Assembly (NCBI GenBank): GCA_964575635.1
Contig: CAZNQY010000001.1
Coordinates: 1 to 50,622, forward strand
DNA: 50,622 nt
DNA from: an uncultured Candidatus Saccharimonas sp.
GTDB taxonomy: Bacteria > Patescibacteriota > Saccharimonadia > Saccharimonadales > Saccharimonadaceae
Reading direction: 5' to 3'
Part shown: in pieces, positions 34,116 through 44,100 of the stretch
Position numbering within the stretch: the first letter of the stretch is position 1
How the letters are laid out: each line of letters starts with the position of its first letter
Translations under genes and position numbers: made by a program
Notes under the pieces: model-generated
What the model saw: the letters and a program-made list of their open reading frames with translations, nothing else
Databases searched by the model: none
Told to the model about the DNA's origin: nothing

Positions 34116-34652
34116 CTAAAACAATCCTCCTGGTATTACATAATTCAAGAATGAATACATAAATGCATACGCAACCAATCCAATGATCACATTCTGTATA
34201 ATTTTGATCGCTTGTTTTGTTTGATCCATTGATCCGCCAGCAGTAGTATACAAAATACTTCCATAAATCACGCCACCAACCGCTAGTAGTCCAATCCCAG
34301 CTGTCATTATATTAATAACCTGAGTTAATAACGACCAAACACAAGAATCTTCTATATCGCCACTACCGTTTGAATCACATTTAATAACAGATGTAACAAT
34401 ACCGTCTACACAGGTTTGGCCATCTTGAAGATTTACGTCGTCGCATGGATCTTTTTCGCTTGATGAAGAGTTTTTGTTTTCATCATTACTACCTGCGTTT
34501 TCTCTATCCACAGTTTCATCAGTTGTTACTGGAGTTGGATCTGCTATTATGACTCTCTTTGAGCTAGTTTCTGCAAAAACTGCTGTAGGCGCACAAAACA
34601 CACCCAAAAGCATGCCCGCTATAATAACCATTGTATTTATTTTATTCTTCAT
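34116..34652 (-). CDS. VirB2/TrbC-like T4SS pilin paralogue 1 with a longer Cys-rich acidic ectodomain
   Basis: The ATG at 34652 (MKNKINTMVIIAGMLL...) gives a signal peptide. C-terminal 'GGVIYGSILYTTAGGSMDQTKQAIKIIQNVIIGLVAYAF'. Confidence 0.65.
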   Translation of the reverse strand: MKNKINTMVIIAGMLLGVFCAPTAVFAETSSKRVIIADPTPVTTDETVDRENAGSNDENKNSSSSEKDPCDDVNLQDGQTCVDGIVTSVIKCDSNGSGDIEDSCVWSLLTQVINIMTAGIGLLAVGGVIYGSILYTTAGGSMDQTKQAIKIIQNVIIGLVAYAFMYSFLNYVIPGGLF

Positions 34653-34796
34653 ATATATCCATAAGATACAATAAAACTGTTGATTTAACAATATATAAAA
34701 CCAAAAAGGTATTGCTTTTTTTCAAAAATAGTGTATTATATAAATAACATAAAAAGACAGACCACGTAACCATATAAGCATACAAGGAAAGTTATA

Positions 34797-35822
34797 ATGT
34801 CAAAACACGACAATCTTGAACAAATTACACTAATTGATAAGAAGAACTCGAAAGAGAAAAAGAATTCAAATAAATTAAATAATGCGGTTATTACTGGTAT
34901 CGTAGCAGTCTCTTTATTTATGACAGGATGCGACAATGGTGAAGCTAGCGCTACTCAACCAGAGATAACACCTCCACCAACCGAATCTTCGGAAATGGTA
35001 AATAATACAAATTCATCCGAAGCAGAACAAGCTGAAGTTAATCCGATCATCATGAAAGAACTTGGCCCAAAAACCGAGATGAATATCACTACCGAATTTT
35101 CAAATGGCGAAACTGTTGATTATTCAAAAGCGCCAGTAAATCTTGTAGAAAGTTATAATTTTGAATATTTAACAGCAGAGCAACAAGCTAAACTCAAAGA
35201 ATACGAAGCAATGGAACTTTCGGAATTCCGCAAACTCTCTAATGAAGAGCAGTCGGTATTCTCGAGCTGGGTACTTAAAAATAACCAACCAAGGTTTGAA
35301 AAAATGTTGTCGGCGTATGGAATTGACAAACAATATTCATATTATGTTAACAAACATAGTGAAATTGTCGAAAACTTTGAATACATTAATATATTTCTAG
35401 CTAGCCTATATATTCAGGACCCTGAAAGTAAAACAGGTAGCTTAAAGTATGATGCCGATACTGCATATAAACTCGAGACAATACATCAAACACCAAGTAT
35501 CGACGAAAATGTTTATAGCACAACTACAAGATATGATGAAAAAATAGATTTTTTCAAGGACTATATTGGTTTAAATATATCTGATTTTGAAACCGAGATA
35601 TTAAAAACTGGTAATATGGAAATAAGAGAACCTGGACATACCTACGCAGGCATAATAGCAAACTTGAAATTTATTGGATCAAAATCTATTACGTTTTCTA
35701 AACCAGATCAACAAGTAATCTTTCAAATAACACCAATTACAGCGATAGACGGTCAAAAAATAGAGCTTACGCAACTTGGATCAATTAATGATATGGAACA
35801 CGCTGCAGAATTTGGAAATTAA
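34797..35822 (+). CDS. Lipoprotein of unknown function, first gene of the plus-strand T4SS side
   Basis: Lipobox-like 'LFMTGC' after a TM segment. Has its own terminator at 35843-35867. Confidence 0.6.
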   Translation: MSKHDNLEQITLIDKKNSKEKKNSNKLNNAVITGIVAVSLFMTGCDNGEASATQPEITPPPTESSEMVNNTNSSEAEQAEVNPIIMKELGPKTEMNITTEFSNGETVDYSKAPVNLVESYNFEYLTAEQQAKLKEYEAMELSEFRKLSNEEQSVFSSWVLKNNQPRFEKMLSAYGIDKQYSYYVNKHSEIVENFEYINIFLASLYIQDPESKTGSLKYDADTAYKLETIHQTPSIDENVYSTTTRYDEKIDFFKDYIGLNISDFETEILKTGNMEIREPGHTYAGIIANLKFIGSKSITFSKPDQQVIFQITPITAIDGQKIELTQLGSINDMEHAAEFGN

Positions 35823-35842
35823 AATAATCTTTTATATAAAAA

Positions 35843-35867
35843 GCACCCTGCAATAAGGGTGTTTTTT
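35843..35867 (+). terminator. Terminator after the lipoprotein gene
   Basis: Stem caccct/agggtg followed by TTTTTT. Confidence 0.6.
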
Positions 35868-35886
35868 ATGTTATATTTATTACATA

Positions 35887-38025
35887 ATGTTTAAGCTATT
35901 TCGTAATAAATATATTACAAACATAATACTGTTTGTTTTTGTCGCAAGTTTTTTTTGTTCTTTATTTGTCGTAAAAACCGCCAATGCATGCTCTTACAGT
36001 CAAAAAGACAATACGTACATTAGTTGTACGGACGCAGAAAAAAAAGAATATGAAGCAAAAGGGGAAGTAGCGGCAGCGCAGCAAACATTAGACCAAGCAA
36101 ACCCACCCGAAAAAAGTGACTGTATGCCAAAGGGAATTGGTTGGATATTGTGCCCTGTAATGAATTTTACTGCTGAAATCGTTGACGGAGCATATAGTGC
36201 TATTAGTAGGATGCTAACCACTCCAGCGCTTGGAACAAATACTGACTCATCTAATGGTATGTATACTACCTGGTCGGTTATGCGAACGCTTGCTAATATT
36301 ATTTTTGTTATTGCGTTTATAATTATAATTTTTTCTCAAATCACAAGTGTAGGTATTAATAATTACGGGATCAAAAAATTACTACCCAAATTAATAATAG
36401 CCGCAATTCTAGTAAATATATCTTATTTTATTTGTGCTATTGCCGTAGACATATCTAATATTTTAGGTATTGGGTTTAAGGGAATTTTTGATAGCGTGTT
36501 AGATAAAGTAAACAGCGGTAAGATGATGAGTACAGAAGATATAACATCTCTAATTCTTGCAAATAACACCGAGAAAATGGCCATATTAACTGGCGTCACA
36601 GCCGGAGTTGCTTTATCAGGAACAGAGTTTCTTGCCGCCCTTTCATTATTAGTTCCTGGATTAATTGCAGCTTTTCTTGCAATAGCAACAGTATTTATTG
36701 TATTGACATTGCGACAGGCATTGATTGTATTGTTGGTAGTGGTTTCGCCGATCGCTTTTGTATTATACTTATTACCAAACACTGAAAACTGGTTCAAAAA
36801 ATGGCGAGACATGTTTACGACAATGTTAATGATGTTTCCGATTATTGCTGGTATATTTGGAGCTTCACAACTTGCGGCATATACGATTGTAAATAGTAGT
36901 AACTATTTCATGGTTCAATTAATGGGCGTATTGATTCAATTTATTCCTCTTGCGATTACACCATTAGTAATGAAATCCGCAGGTGGAGTGTTGAATAAGG
37001 TTGGTGGATTTGTTAATAATCCAAACCGTGGACCTTTCGACAGAATGAAAAAGAGTGCAAAAAGCTACTATGATCGCGCTGATCTACGTTCAAATAACCG
37101 CGCTATGAATTTAGGAGAAAAACCAAATGCTGGACAGCTATTACGATATGGCATGAGACGAGGGTTATTAAAAAGAGATGCATATAATAATGTGGTCGAT
37201 GAAAATTTAAAGAAAGAATACGGCCGATCAGCAACAGATTTTGTTACTGATTCTATAGAAAAAAATAAACAACGCACAAGCCAACAATTAATGTCTTATG
37301 TCACGGGCAATAAAATAGGTATTCGTGACGAAATGACAAAAGGGGCAGGTGCTGGGGCTGGAGATAGGGCATATGCATCAGCTCTCGGTACACAAGGCAA
37401 GATATGGGATGACAACGTAAAAACAGCTGGTGCAATGTTTTCAAGAGAAGGTTATAGCGGCCAAGAATTACATGCAATTGCTACTGGCGGCACCCTTAGA
37501 GAAAATAAAGAAGCGAGCGGAGAACAAGTTGAAGCATCAGTCGCCGATGGAGTCCAGTCTAATTATTATCCAAATATTCACGGTATGCTTGATTACGCTA
37601 CAAAAATACAGGATCCAGAAAAGCGCGCATCATACCAAAAAACTCTTATATCTAAGCTTGCCACAAGCCCAAATAAGCCAAAATATCTATCGGGCCAAGA
37701 TATTGACGAGCTAAAGCAAGGCACATTCAAAAATACTATCGATGACATGATAGTTAATACAATTGGAAAAAATAAATTATCTCAAGAATCATTTAAATCG
37801 ATGAGCCCTGAAGAAATGGCTCAATTCACCAATGTGTTGACAGAAAATAAAGATGGAAAACTTAATGTATTAAATAAGCAATTAAATGACTTCCAAAGTA
37901 CAATCATTGCAGCTATAAATAACCCTAGGTTGAATTTTAGTCCTGCTGAAATAGAAGCTATGAATAAAATGGCAAACGCCGCAAGGTTACAAGGATCCGC
38001 TCATAGTAGTGGACAATTCGAATAA
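35887..38025 (+). CDS. VirB6/TrbL-like polytopic T4SS membrane protein with a long hydrophilic C-terminal domain
   Basis: 712 aa: N-terminal TM, Cys-containing loop, at least 6 TM segments between aa ~130 and 380, then a ~330-aa soluble tail. Confidence 0.65.
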   Translation: MFKLFRNKYITNIILFVFVASFFCSLFVVKTANACSYSQKDNTYISCTDAEKKEYEAKGEVAAAQQTLDQANPPEKSDCMPKGIGWILCPVMNFTAEIVDGAYSAISRMLTTPALGTNTDSSNGMYTTWSVMRTLANIIFVIAFIIIIFSQITSVGINNYGIKKLLPKLIIAAILVNISYFICAIAVDISNILGIGFKGIFDSVLDKVNSGKMMSTEDITSLILANNTEKMAILTGVTAGVALSGTEFLAALSLLVPGLIAAFLAIATVFIVLTLRQALIVLLVVVSPIAFVLYLLPNTENWFKKWRDMFTTMLMMFPIIAGIFGASQLAAYTIVNSSNYFMVQLMGVLIQFIPLAITPLVMKSAGGVLNKVGGFVNNPNRGPFDRMKKSAKSYYDRADLRSNNRAMNLGEKPNAGQLLRYGMRRGLLKRDAYNNVVDENLKKEYGRSATDFVTDSIEKNKQRTSQQLMSYVTGNKIGIRDEMTKGAGAGAGDRAYASALGTQGKIWDDNVKTAGAMFSREGYSGQELHAIATGGTLRENKEASGEQVEASVADGVQSNYYPNIHGMLDYATKIQDPEKRASYQKTLISKLATSPNKPKYLSGQDIDELKQGTFKNTIDDMIVNTIGKNKLSQESFKSMSPEEMAQFTNVLTENKDGKLNVLNKQLNDFQSTIIAAINNPRLNFSPAEIEAMNKMANAARLQGSAHSSGQFE

Positions 38026-38094
38026 AAAGATGCAAGTAATCAATATTGCTCATAAAAAACAGGCATTTAACAACATTTTGCTATAATATAACCA

Positions 38095-39000
38095 ATGGCA
38101 GTTTATAAAGTACCTCAGGATGTGGAAGCTGACGATAAGTTGATCGGTCCGTTTAACTTTCGCCAATTTATATATCTGTTAATAGTCTCGGCATCATTTG
38201 GAATAGCGTGGTTATTCTTTAATATATTGCCCATTATGGCAGTAATTCCTTTGCCTGTGATTTTGTTTTTTGGGGCGCTTGCGTTGCCGCTTCGTAAAGA
38301 CCAGCCAATGGAAATTTATATGGCAGCCTTAGTATCATTTTATTTGAAACCAAGGCGTCGTATCTGGGAACCAGACGGACTAGATAATTTGATCGAAATC
38401 ATCGCCCCAAAAATTGTCGAAGTTCAACGAACAAAGAATTTATCAGTCAATGAAGCTGAGCGCAGACTTAGTTACTTGGCAGAGATTGTCGATAGCCGTG
38501 GTTGGGCAGTACGAAGCCCAGGTGGCGTTCAATTACCGAATAGTGCAATGAACAGCGATGTTTATTTTGAAGCTCAACAAGTCGATGACGTACTTGATAA
38601 TGACAGTGCTATGGTACGTCAAATATCAAACAAATTAGCCGAAAGTGATAATAAACGTCACCAAGACGCAATAAATATAATGCAAAACAAAGCGCCTGCC
38701 GCGCCGATACCAATTCCAATTCCTATACCAAAACCACTTTCTGCCGAAGAACGAATCAAACTTGAGTATAATCCTTATCCAAGTGAAATCCATCAAACGG
38801 TTGTTCAGCCTTTATTTAACAATCAAGCGCCAGTCGAACAGATAAAACCTGAACCAAACACTAGTAAAGACACTGTTTCTGCTGATATAATGAATCTTGC
38901 AAATAATACTAGCTTGTCAATTGAAACAATCGCACACGAAGCAGAGCGTATCAAGAAAAGGCAAGAAGCTAGCGAAGAAGTGGTGATTTCTTTGCGCTAA
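38095..39000 (+). CDS. PrgI-family (VirB3-like) T4SS membrane protein with a Pro-rich linker
   Basis: Opening 'YKVPQDVEADDKLIGPFNFRQFIYL' followed by a TM pair; 'PIPIPIPIPKP' linker. Confidence 0.7.
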   Translation: MAVYKVPQDVEADDKLIGPFNFRQFIYLLIVSASFGIAWLFFNILPIMAVIPLPVILFFGALALPLRKDQPMEIYMAALVSFYLKPRRRIWEPDGLDNLIEIIAPKIVEVQRTKNLSVNEAERRLSYLAEIVDSRGWAVRSPGGVQLPNSAMNSDVYFEAQQVDDVLDNDSAMVRQISNKLAESDNKRHQDAINIMQNKAPAAPIPIPIPIPKPLSAEERIKLEYNPYPSEIHQTVVQPLFNNQAPVEQIKPEPNTSKDTVSADIMNLANNTSLSIETIAHEAERIKKRQEASEEVVISLR

Positions 39001-39041
39001 AATGAATAATAAAAGAGGACGAGAGTGGGGAATAGGCAATT

Positions 39042-39848
39042 ATGCCACCAATTAATCAAATTCAAAATCCAGGTCAACCAGTTCCAGCGCCAAATGGAGC
39101 TCCCTTAGCGCAGTCTCAAAAACCACGTAATCCAAACTCGACACAGAACACGTTATTATTATCAGAACTTCGTGACAATATGGTTATTATGGCTGACGGA
39201 TCATTTAGAGCCGTTGTTGCCTGTAAATCAATCAACTTTGATTTGATGAGTAGCCGTGAACGTGAAGGTGTTGAATATAGTTATCAAAACTTCTTGAATG
39301 CATTAAACCATCCAGTTCAAATTTTGATCAGGTCACAACGAATTGATATTGGCCCATATATTGATAAACTTGTTCAAATCCGTCGCAATCAAGACAATAT
39401 GTTATTAAACGTATTAATGGATGATTATATTAACTTTATCGATATTCTATCTCAAGAAGCAAACATTATGGACAAATCATTCTTTATTGTTGTACCTTAT
39501 TATCCGCAGGGAGATTTGAATAATCTTATTGAACAAGGAAAAGGTTTCTTTGGAAAGATCGTTTCAAAACCAAAAAACGCCGTGACAAAAATTGATTCAT
39601 TTACTTACGAAAAAGCCAAAACTGAAGTTAAAAACAGAGTTGATGGTGTTATTGCTGGACTATTTCAAATGGGAATTCAAAGTATTCAATTAAATACAAA
39701 AGAGTTGGGCGAGTTATATTATAACTTTTATAATCCAGACACCGCAGTTCGTGAACCATTAGGTAATTTCGAAGACGTTACTTCGATTTATGTTAAAAAA
39801 GGTACAAACAACCAACAACCCCCAGCTATGAATGGAGGAATAAAATAA
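39042..39848 (+). CDS. T4SS-associated protein, translationally coupled to VirB4; resembles the non-ATPase N-terminal region of monoderm VirB4 proteins
   Basis: 'MADGSFRAVVACKSINFDLMSSREREGVEYSYQNFLNALNHPVQILIRSQRID'. No Walker motifs. TAATG overlap with the next gene. Confidence 0.5.
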   Translation: MPPINQIQNPGQPVPAPNGAPLAQSQKPRNPNSTQNTLLLSELRDNMVIMADGSFRAVVACKSINFDLMSSREREGVEYSYQNFLNALNHPVQILIRSQRIDIGPYIDKLVQIRRNQDNMLLNVLMDDYINFIDILSQEANIMDKSFFIVVPYYPQGDLNNLIEQGKGFFGKIVSKPKNAVTKIDSFTYEKAKTEVKNRVDGVIAGLFQMGIQSIQLNTKELGELYYNFYNPDTAVREPLGNFEDVTSIYVKKGTNNQQPPAMNGGIK

Positions 39849-41692
39849 TGGCACGAAAAAATCGCAGCGCAGTTGATATTGCCGCCGAACAACGAGCAAG
39901 AGAACAAGCCGAAGTTGAACAAGTATTTTTGAAGGGTGTTACGACATTACGCGATCTAATCGCGCCAAGTAGCCTTGAAATTCACTCATCTTACTTCCGA
40001 TTAGGTACAAAATACGGCCGAACAATGTATATTTATGGCTATCCACGTCAAATTTACACTGGTTGGTTAAGTTCACTAATTAATATTGACGAAGTTTTAG
40101 ACGTCAGTATGTTTATTTATCCAGTCGAAAGCCAAGTTGTGTTAAATAATTTGCGCAAGAAAGTTTCACAGCTCGAGGCTACTGCATCACTAACCAGTGA
40201 ACGCGGAAAAGTACGTGATCCAGGTATCGAAGCGGCTATTAACGACGCAGAGGAACTTCGTGACCAATTACAAGTTGGCGCCGAACGGTTCTTCCGCTAT
40301 GGACTTTATGTGACTTTATATGCCGACAGTTTAGATGAACTTGGTTACATTCAACACAAAATCGAAACATTATTTGGCCAACAAATGGTCTTTAGTAAAG
40401 TAGCCAGCAGTCAACAAGAACAAGGTTTGAATAGTACAATCCCTCAAATGAGCGATCAATTGCAAATTCGCCGCAATATGAACACAGGAGCAATTAGTAC
40501 CAGCTTCCCATTCACGAGTGCCGACCTGACTCAAGAAAACGGCGTTTTGTATGGTATTAATATGCACAATAACGGATTGGTTATTTTTGACCGCTTTAGC
40601 CTTGAAAACGCTAACATGGTTGTCTTTGCCAAATCTGGTGCAGGTAAGTCATTTACCGTAAAACTTGAAGCATTACGCAGTATGATGATGGGTAGTGAAG
40701 TGTTAATCATTGACCCAGAAAATGAATATCAGAAATTATCTGATGCTGTAGGCGGTGCTTATATTCGTCTCAGTTTAAGTTCGACAACTCGCATTAATCC
40801 TTTTGATCTACCCCGAGTTATTGACACTGATGACGCCGATAATGCACTTCGTGCAAATCTAATCACTCTTCACGGATTATTGAAACTAATGTTAGGCGGA
40901 ACAACTATTAGTAATGGTGTGCCGCTTGCAGCACTTAGCCCAATCGAAGAAGCTGACCTGGATCAAGCCTTGATTGATACATATGCACGTGTTGGTATTA
41001 CTAGTGATCCATTAACACACAATTCAACTCCGCCAACTATTTCTGACCTTTACGACACGCTACTACACATGGGAAATAGCGGTCCACAACTTGCCCAGCG
41101 CTTGCGTAAATATACCTCAGGAACTTTTGCTGGTATTTTCAGTCAACAATCTAATATTGATATCAATAACCCAATGGTTGTATTTAATATCCGTGACCTC
41201 GAAGACGAACTTCGTCCAGTTGCGATGTATATTATCCTTAGTCACATCTGGAATGTGATTCGTAGCGAAAAGAAAAAGCGCATGCTAATTGTTGACGAAG
41301 CTTGGCAATTAATGAAGTACGACGATTCGGCTAACTTCTTGTTTAGTCTTGCAAAACGTGCCCGCAAATATTACCTTGGACTTACCACAATCACTCAGGA
41401 CGTCGAAGACTTTATGGGTAGTAAAATGGGTCGTGCAATTGTTGCCAATAGTTCTATGCAAATTTTATTAAAACAATCTTCAAGTGCTGTCGATGTATTA
41501 TCAGACGTATTTAAATTAACCGAAGAAGAAAAAAAGCGTCTTTCAAACTTCCCAGTAGGGCAGGGCTTGTTCTTTGCTGGTCAAAGCCACGTTCATATTC
41601 AAATTGAAGCCAGCCCAACTGAAAAACAATTCATCTCTACAAATCCACGACAAACTCAAAACGATAATTCATATGGAAATAATCAAGTTTAG
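39848..41692 (+). CDS. virB4: VirB4-family T4SS ATPase
   Basis: Walker A 'AKSGAGKSF', Walker B 'MLIVDEAWQL', N-terminal 'YGRTMYIYGYPRQIYTGWL' typical of VirB4/TcpF/PrgJ. Confidence 0.88.
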   Translation: MARKNRSAVDIAAEQRAREQAEVEQVFLKGVTTLRDLIAPSSLEIHSSYFRLGTKYGRTMYIYGYPRQIYTGWLSSLINIDEVLDVSMFIYPVESQVVLNNLRKKVSQLEATASLTSERGKVRDPGIEAAINDAEELRDQLQVGAERFFRYGLYVTLYADSLDELGYIQHKIETLFGQQMVFSKVASSQQEQGLNSTIPQMSDQLQIRRNMNTGAISTSFPFTSADLTQENGVLYGINMHNNGLVIFDRFSLENANMVVFAKSGAGKSFTVKLEALRSMMMGSEVLIIDPENEYQKLSDAVGGAYIRLSLSSTTRINPFDLPRVIDTDDADNALRANLITLHGLLKLMLGGTTISNGVPLAALSPIEEADLDQALIDTYARVGITSDPLTHNSTPPTISDLYDTLLHMGNSGPQLAQRLRKYTSGTFAGIFSQQSNIDINNPMVVFNIRDLEDELRPVAMYIILSHIWNVIRSEKKKRMLIVDEAWQLMKYDDSANFLFSLAKRARKYYLGLTTITQDVEDFMGSKMGRAIVANSSMQILLKQSSSAVDVLSDVFKLTEEEKKRLSNFPVGQGLFFAGQSHVHIQIEASPTEKQFISTNPRQTQNDNSYGNNQV

Positions 41693-41702
41693 GTAATTAA
41701 TT

Positions 41703-44099
41703 ATGAATAGTGACGACCATCTAAATCCCGGACAAAGACATATCGATGACACGACGGATTTTTTGAAGCGCGCTGAAAACAACAAAAACAAAGGACAATC
41801 AGATCAATTAGACAATTCAAGTGATTTAAAAAACGCCGAAGAAAATTCAAATTCGAGTTGGAAAAATAACGTTTCTTCAAAAAACATAGCAACTAACATA
41901 GGTGGTGGTGTATTTAAATCATTTATAAAAAAACGCGGCCCTGCAGCTACAATTATGCTTACTTTGTTGTTTGGCGGTATGGGCATTAGTACGTTATTGT
42001 CACCATCATTACTTTTAATGCAAATGCGTGAAGTTTTTACTGATAAATTCAATAATCAACTGACAAGTTTAGAAAAACGCAAAGTATCTTTCTATACAAA
42101 TAAAACCACTAGTGGTAGCTGTTCTGGTATTAAAATTGCCTGTAAATTTTCAACCTTTTCAGAAAAGCAAATCGAAAACTTTAAAAAAGCAGGCATCGAT
42201 ATTGAAGTAGACGCAGATGCGTCAAAAACAATGACTGGCCGTTCAAGAGCAACTAGCTTTAGTTTTGAAGGAAATAAAATATCAGCATCAGAATTTAACA
42301 GTAAATTAAAAAATGATGTAAAATTCCGATCCGCCGTAAAAGTTGCCTATAATCCAAAATTATCTTCTTTTTCTGACACCGTTTACAACAAAATCGCCAG
42401 ACTTTTCAAAGTATCAAAAACCACCAAGACAATAACTGGCGATACTGATGAAGCAAGACTTAAAAGCCTACAAGAAGATATGAATTCAAAAAACAACAAC
42501 ATCAAAAGAGTTGGTGTTGGCGATATTGATGAAAATGGAAATGTATTAACAGACTCCGAAGAGGATCTCAAAAAAATAGACGAAATGAATAGTAAGATTG
42601 ACGACCTCGTTAAAGAAGCTGACAGTTTAGCTGACAGTGGAGATAAACTTGCATCCGAAATACTTGATGGGATTGATGGTGGGGGCGACCTAAATATTAC
42701 AAAAGGTGTGGCGCTCGGGGCATTAGATGGTGTCGCAACATCTTTAAAGGTTACGGATACTCCCGATATGGCATGTTCAATCAAACAAAGCTTCGCAGCA
42801 CTCACTTTTGCTGCTAAAACCGTTCGTTCTGCTCAATTAGCAAGATTTGCAATGTTCTTTTTAACATCAGCAGATCAAATAAAGGCAGGTAAAGCTGATC
42901 CAAACACTATATCTTTCCTTGGTAAAATATTAACTTCAACCAAAAACGGTAAATCAGCTACAGATTCATTTGGTTTTAAATACGCAGCCTACGGTGATAC
43001 TGGAAAATTACCGTCCTCAGCATCTCAATATATGACTGGTGGTGGTTTAACTGGAGTATTATCAAAAATTAATTCAATCGCAGATGACGTTATAAATTCT
43101 TTTGGTGGAAATAAAGTCTGTAAATTCTTAGGCAATCCTTTCGTAAGTGCAGCCTCATTAATCGTTGGTGTTGGCTTATTTCTCGTACCCGGTATAAACG
43201 TAGTCTGGACAGCAAAAGAAATTGCTGAAGCTGGTAAAACTGCTGTATTTACATTAGCCATGATAGCACTACCATCTATGTTAAAAGATATAGTAGCTGG
43301 AAATTTAATTGATAGTTCAACAATTGGCGAATCTGCTGGAAATGCGATTACATCAGGCGCATCATCTATGATGGGATCGGTAGCTCATGCTGGTGGTAAT
43401 GCACCACTAACACCATCTCAGGCTGTCGCATATAACAACGCAACAAAAGATGTTATTGCGCAATACGCCGAAGAAGATAGATTAGCTTATGGTCAATTTG
43501 ATATTACAAATAGTAATACATTCCTTGGTAAATTAGCCTTGAATTTAACTCCGTTTATTAGTAATTTATCATCGTTATCTGGAGTATTTAATTCAATAAC
43601 TTCGATGCCAATAAAATCATTTGCTTCAATTACAGCTCCTATATCTTATGCAACCAGTACTGACGAATATACAATGTGTGAAGATCCAGAGTATAGAAGT
43701 TTAGGTGTTGCGACTGATCCATTTTGTAACGTTTATTATGGTATTCCAGTCGAAGATCTAGATATATCTCCAATAGATGTTGTAGAAAAACTATATGATT
43801 TACACAGAATAGAATCTATTAAAGGAGTAGACCGAGAGGATTTTCCACAGATTTCTGAAGAAGGTAGTCCAATAGATAAATACCAAAGTTTTGTAAACAA
43901 ATGTATTAATAACACAGAACCATTAACTGATAGCGAATGTATGTACGGTACATCGATATTAATTGCAAAAAGCTACCAAGTAATCGATGAAGTAACTAAA
44001 GAAGTGTTAGAATCATGGCCGGAAGTAAGCATTAGTAATAAGTATTTCTATATTAGCTCAATGGATCAACGAATAGAAAATATGATGGATAATATTTAA
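41703..44099 (+). CDS. Large (798 aa) membrane protein of unknown function within the T4SS operon
   Basis: TM near aa 85-110 and a TM pair near aa 480-540; no family recognised. Confidence 0.6.
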   Translation: MNSDDHLNPGQRHIDDTTDFLKRAENNKNKGQSDQLDNSSDLKNAEENSNSSWKNNVSSKNIATNIGGGVFKSFIKKRGPAATIMLTLLFGGMGISTLLSPSLLLMQMREVFTDKFNNQLTSLEKRKVSFYTNKTTSGSCSGIKIACKFSTFSEKQIENFKKAGIDIEVDADASKTMTGRSRATSFSFEGNKISASEFNSKLKNDVKFRSAVKVAYNPKLSSFSDTVYNKIARLFKVSKTTKTITGDTDEARLKSLQEDMNSKNNNIKRVGVGDIDENGNVLTDSEEDLKKIDEMNSKIDDLVKEADSLADSGDKLASEILDGIDGGGDLNITKGVALGALDGVATSLKVTDTPDMACSIKQSFAALTFAAKTVRSAQLARFAMFFLTSADQIKAGKADPNTISFLGKILTSTKNGKSATDSFGFKYAAYGDTGKLPSSASQYMTGGGLTGVLSKINSIADDVINSFGGNKVCKFLGNPFVSAASLIVGVGLFLVPGINVVWTAKEIAEAGKTAVFTLAMIALPSMLKDIVAGNLIDSSTIGESAGNAITSGASSMMGSVAHAGGNAPLTPSQAVAYNNATKDVIAQYAEEDRLAYGQFDITNSNTFLGKLALNLTPFISNLSSLSGVFNSITSMPIKSFASITAPISYATSTDEYTMCEDPEYRSLGVATDPFCNVYYGIPVEDLDISPIDVVEKLYDLHRIESIKGVDREDFPQISEEGSPIDKYQSFVNKCINNTEPLTDSECMYGTSILIAKSYQVIDEVTKEVLESWPEVSISNKYFYISSMDQRIENMMDNI

Positions 44100-44100
44100 T

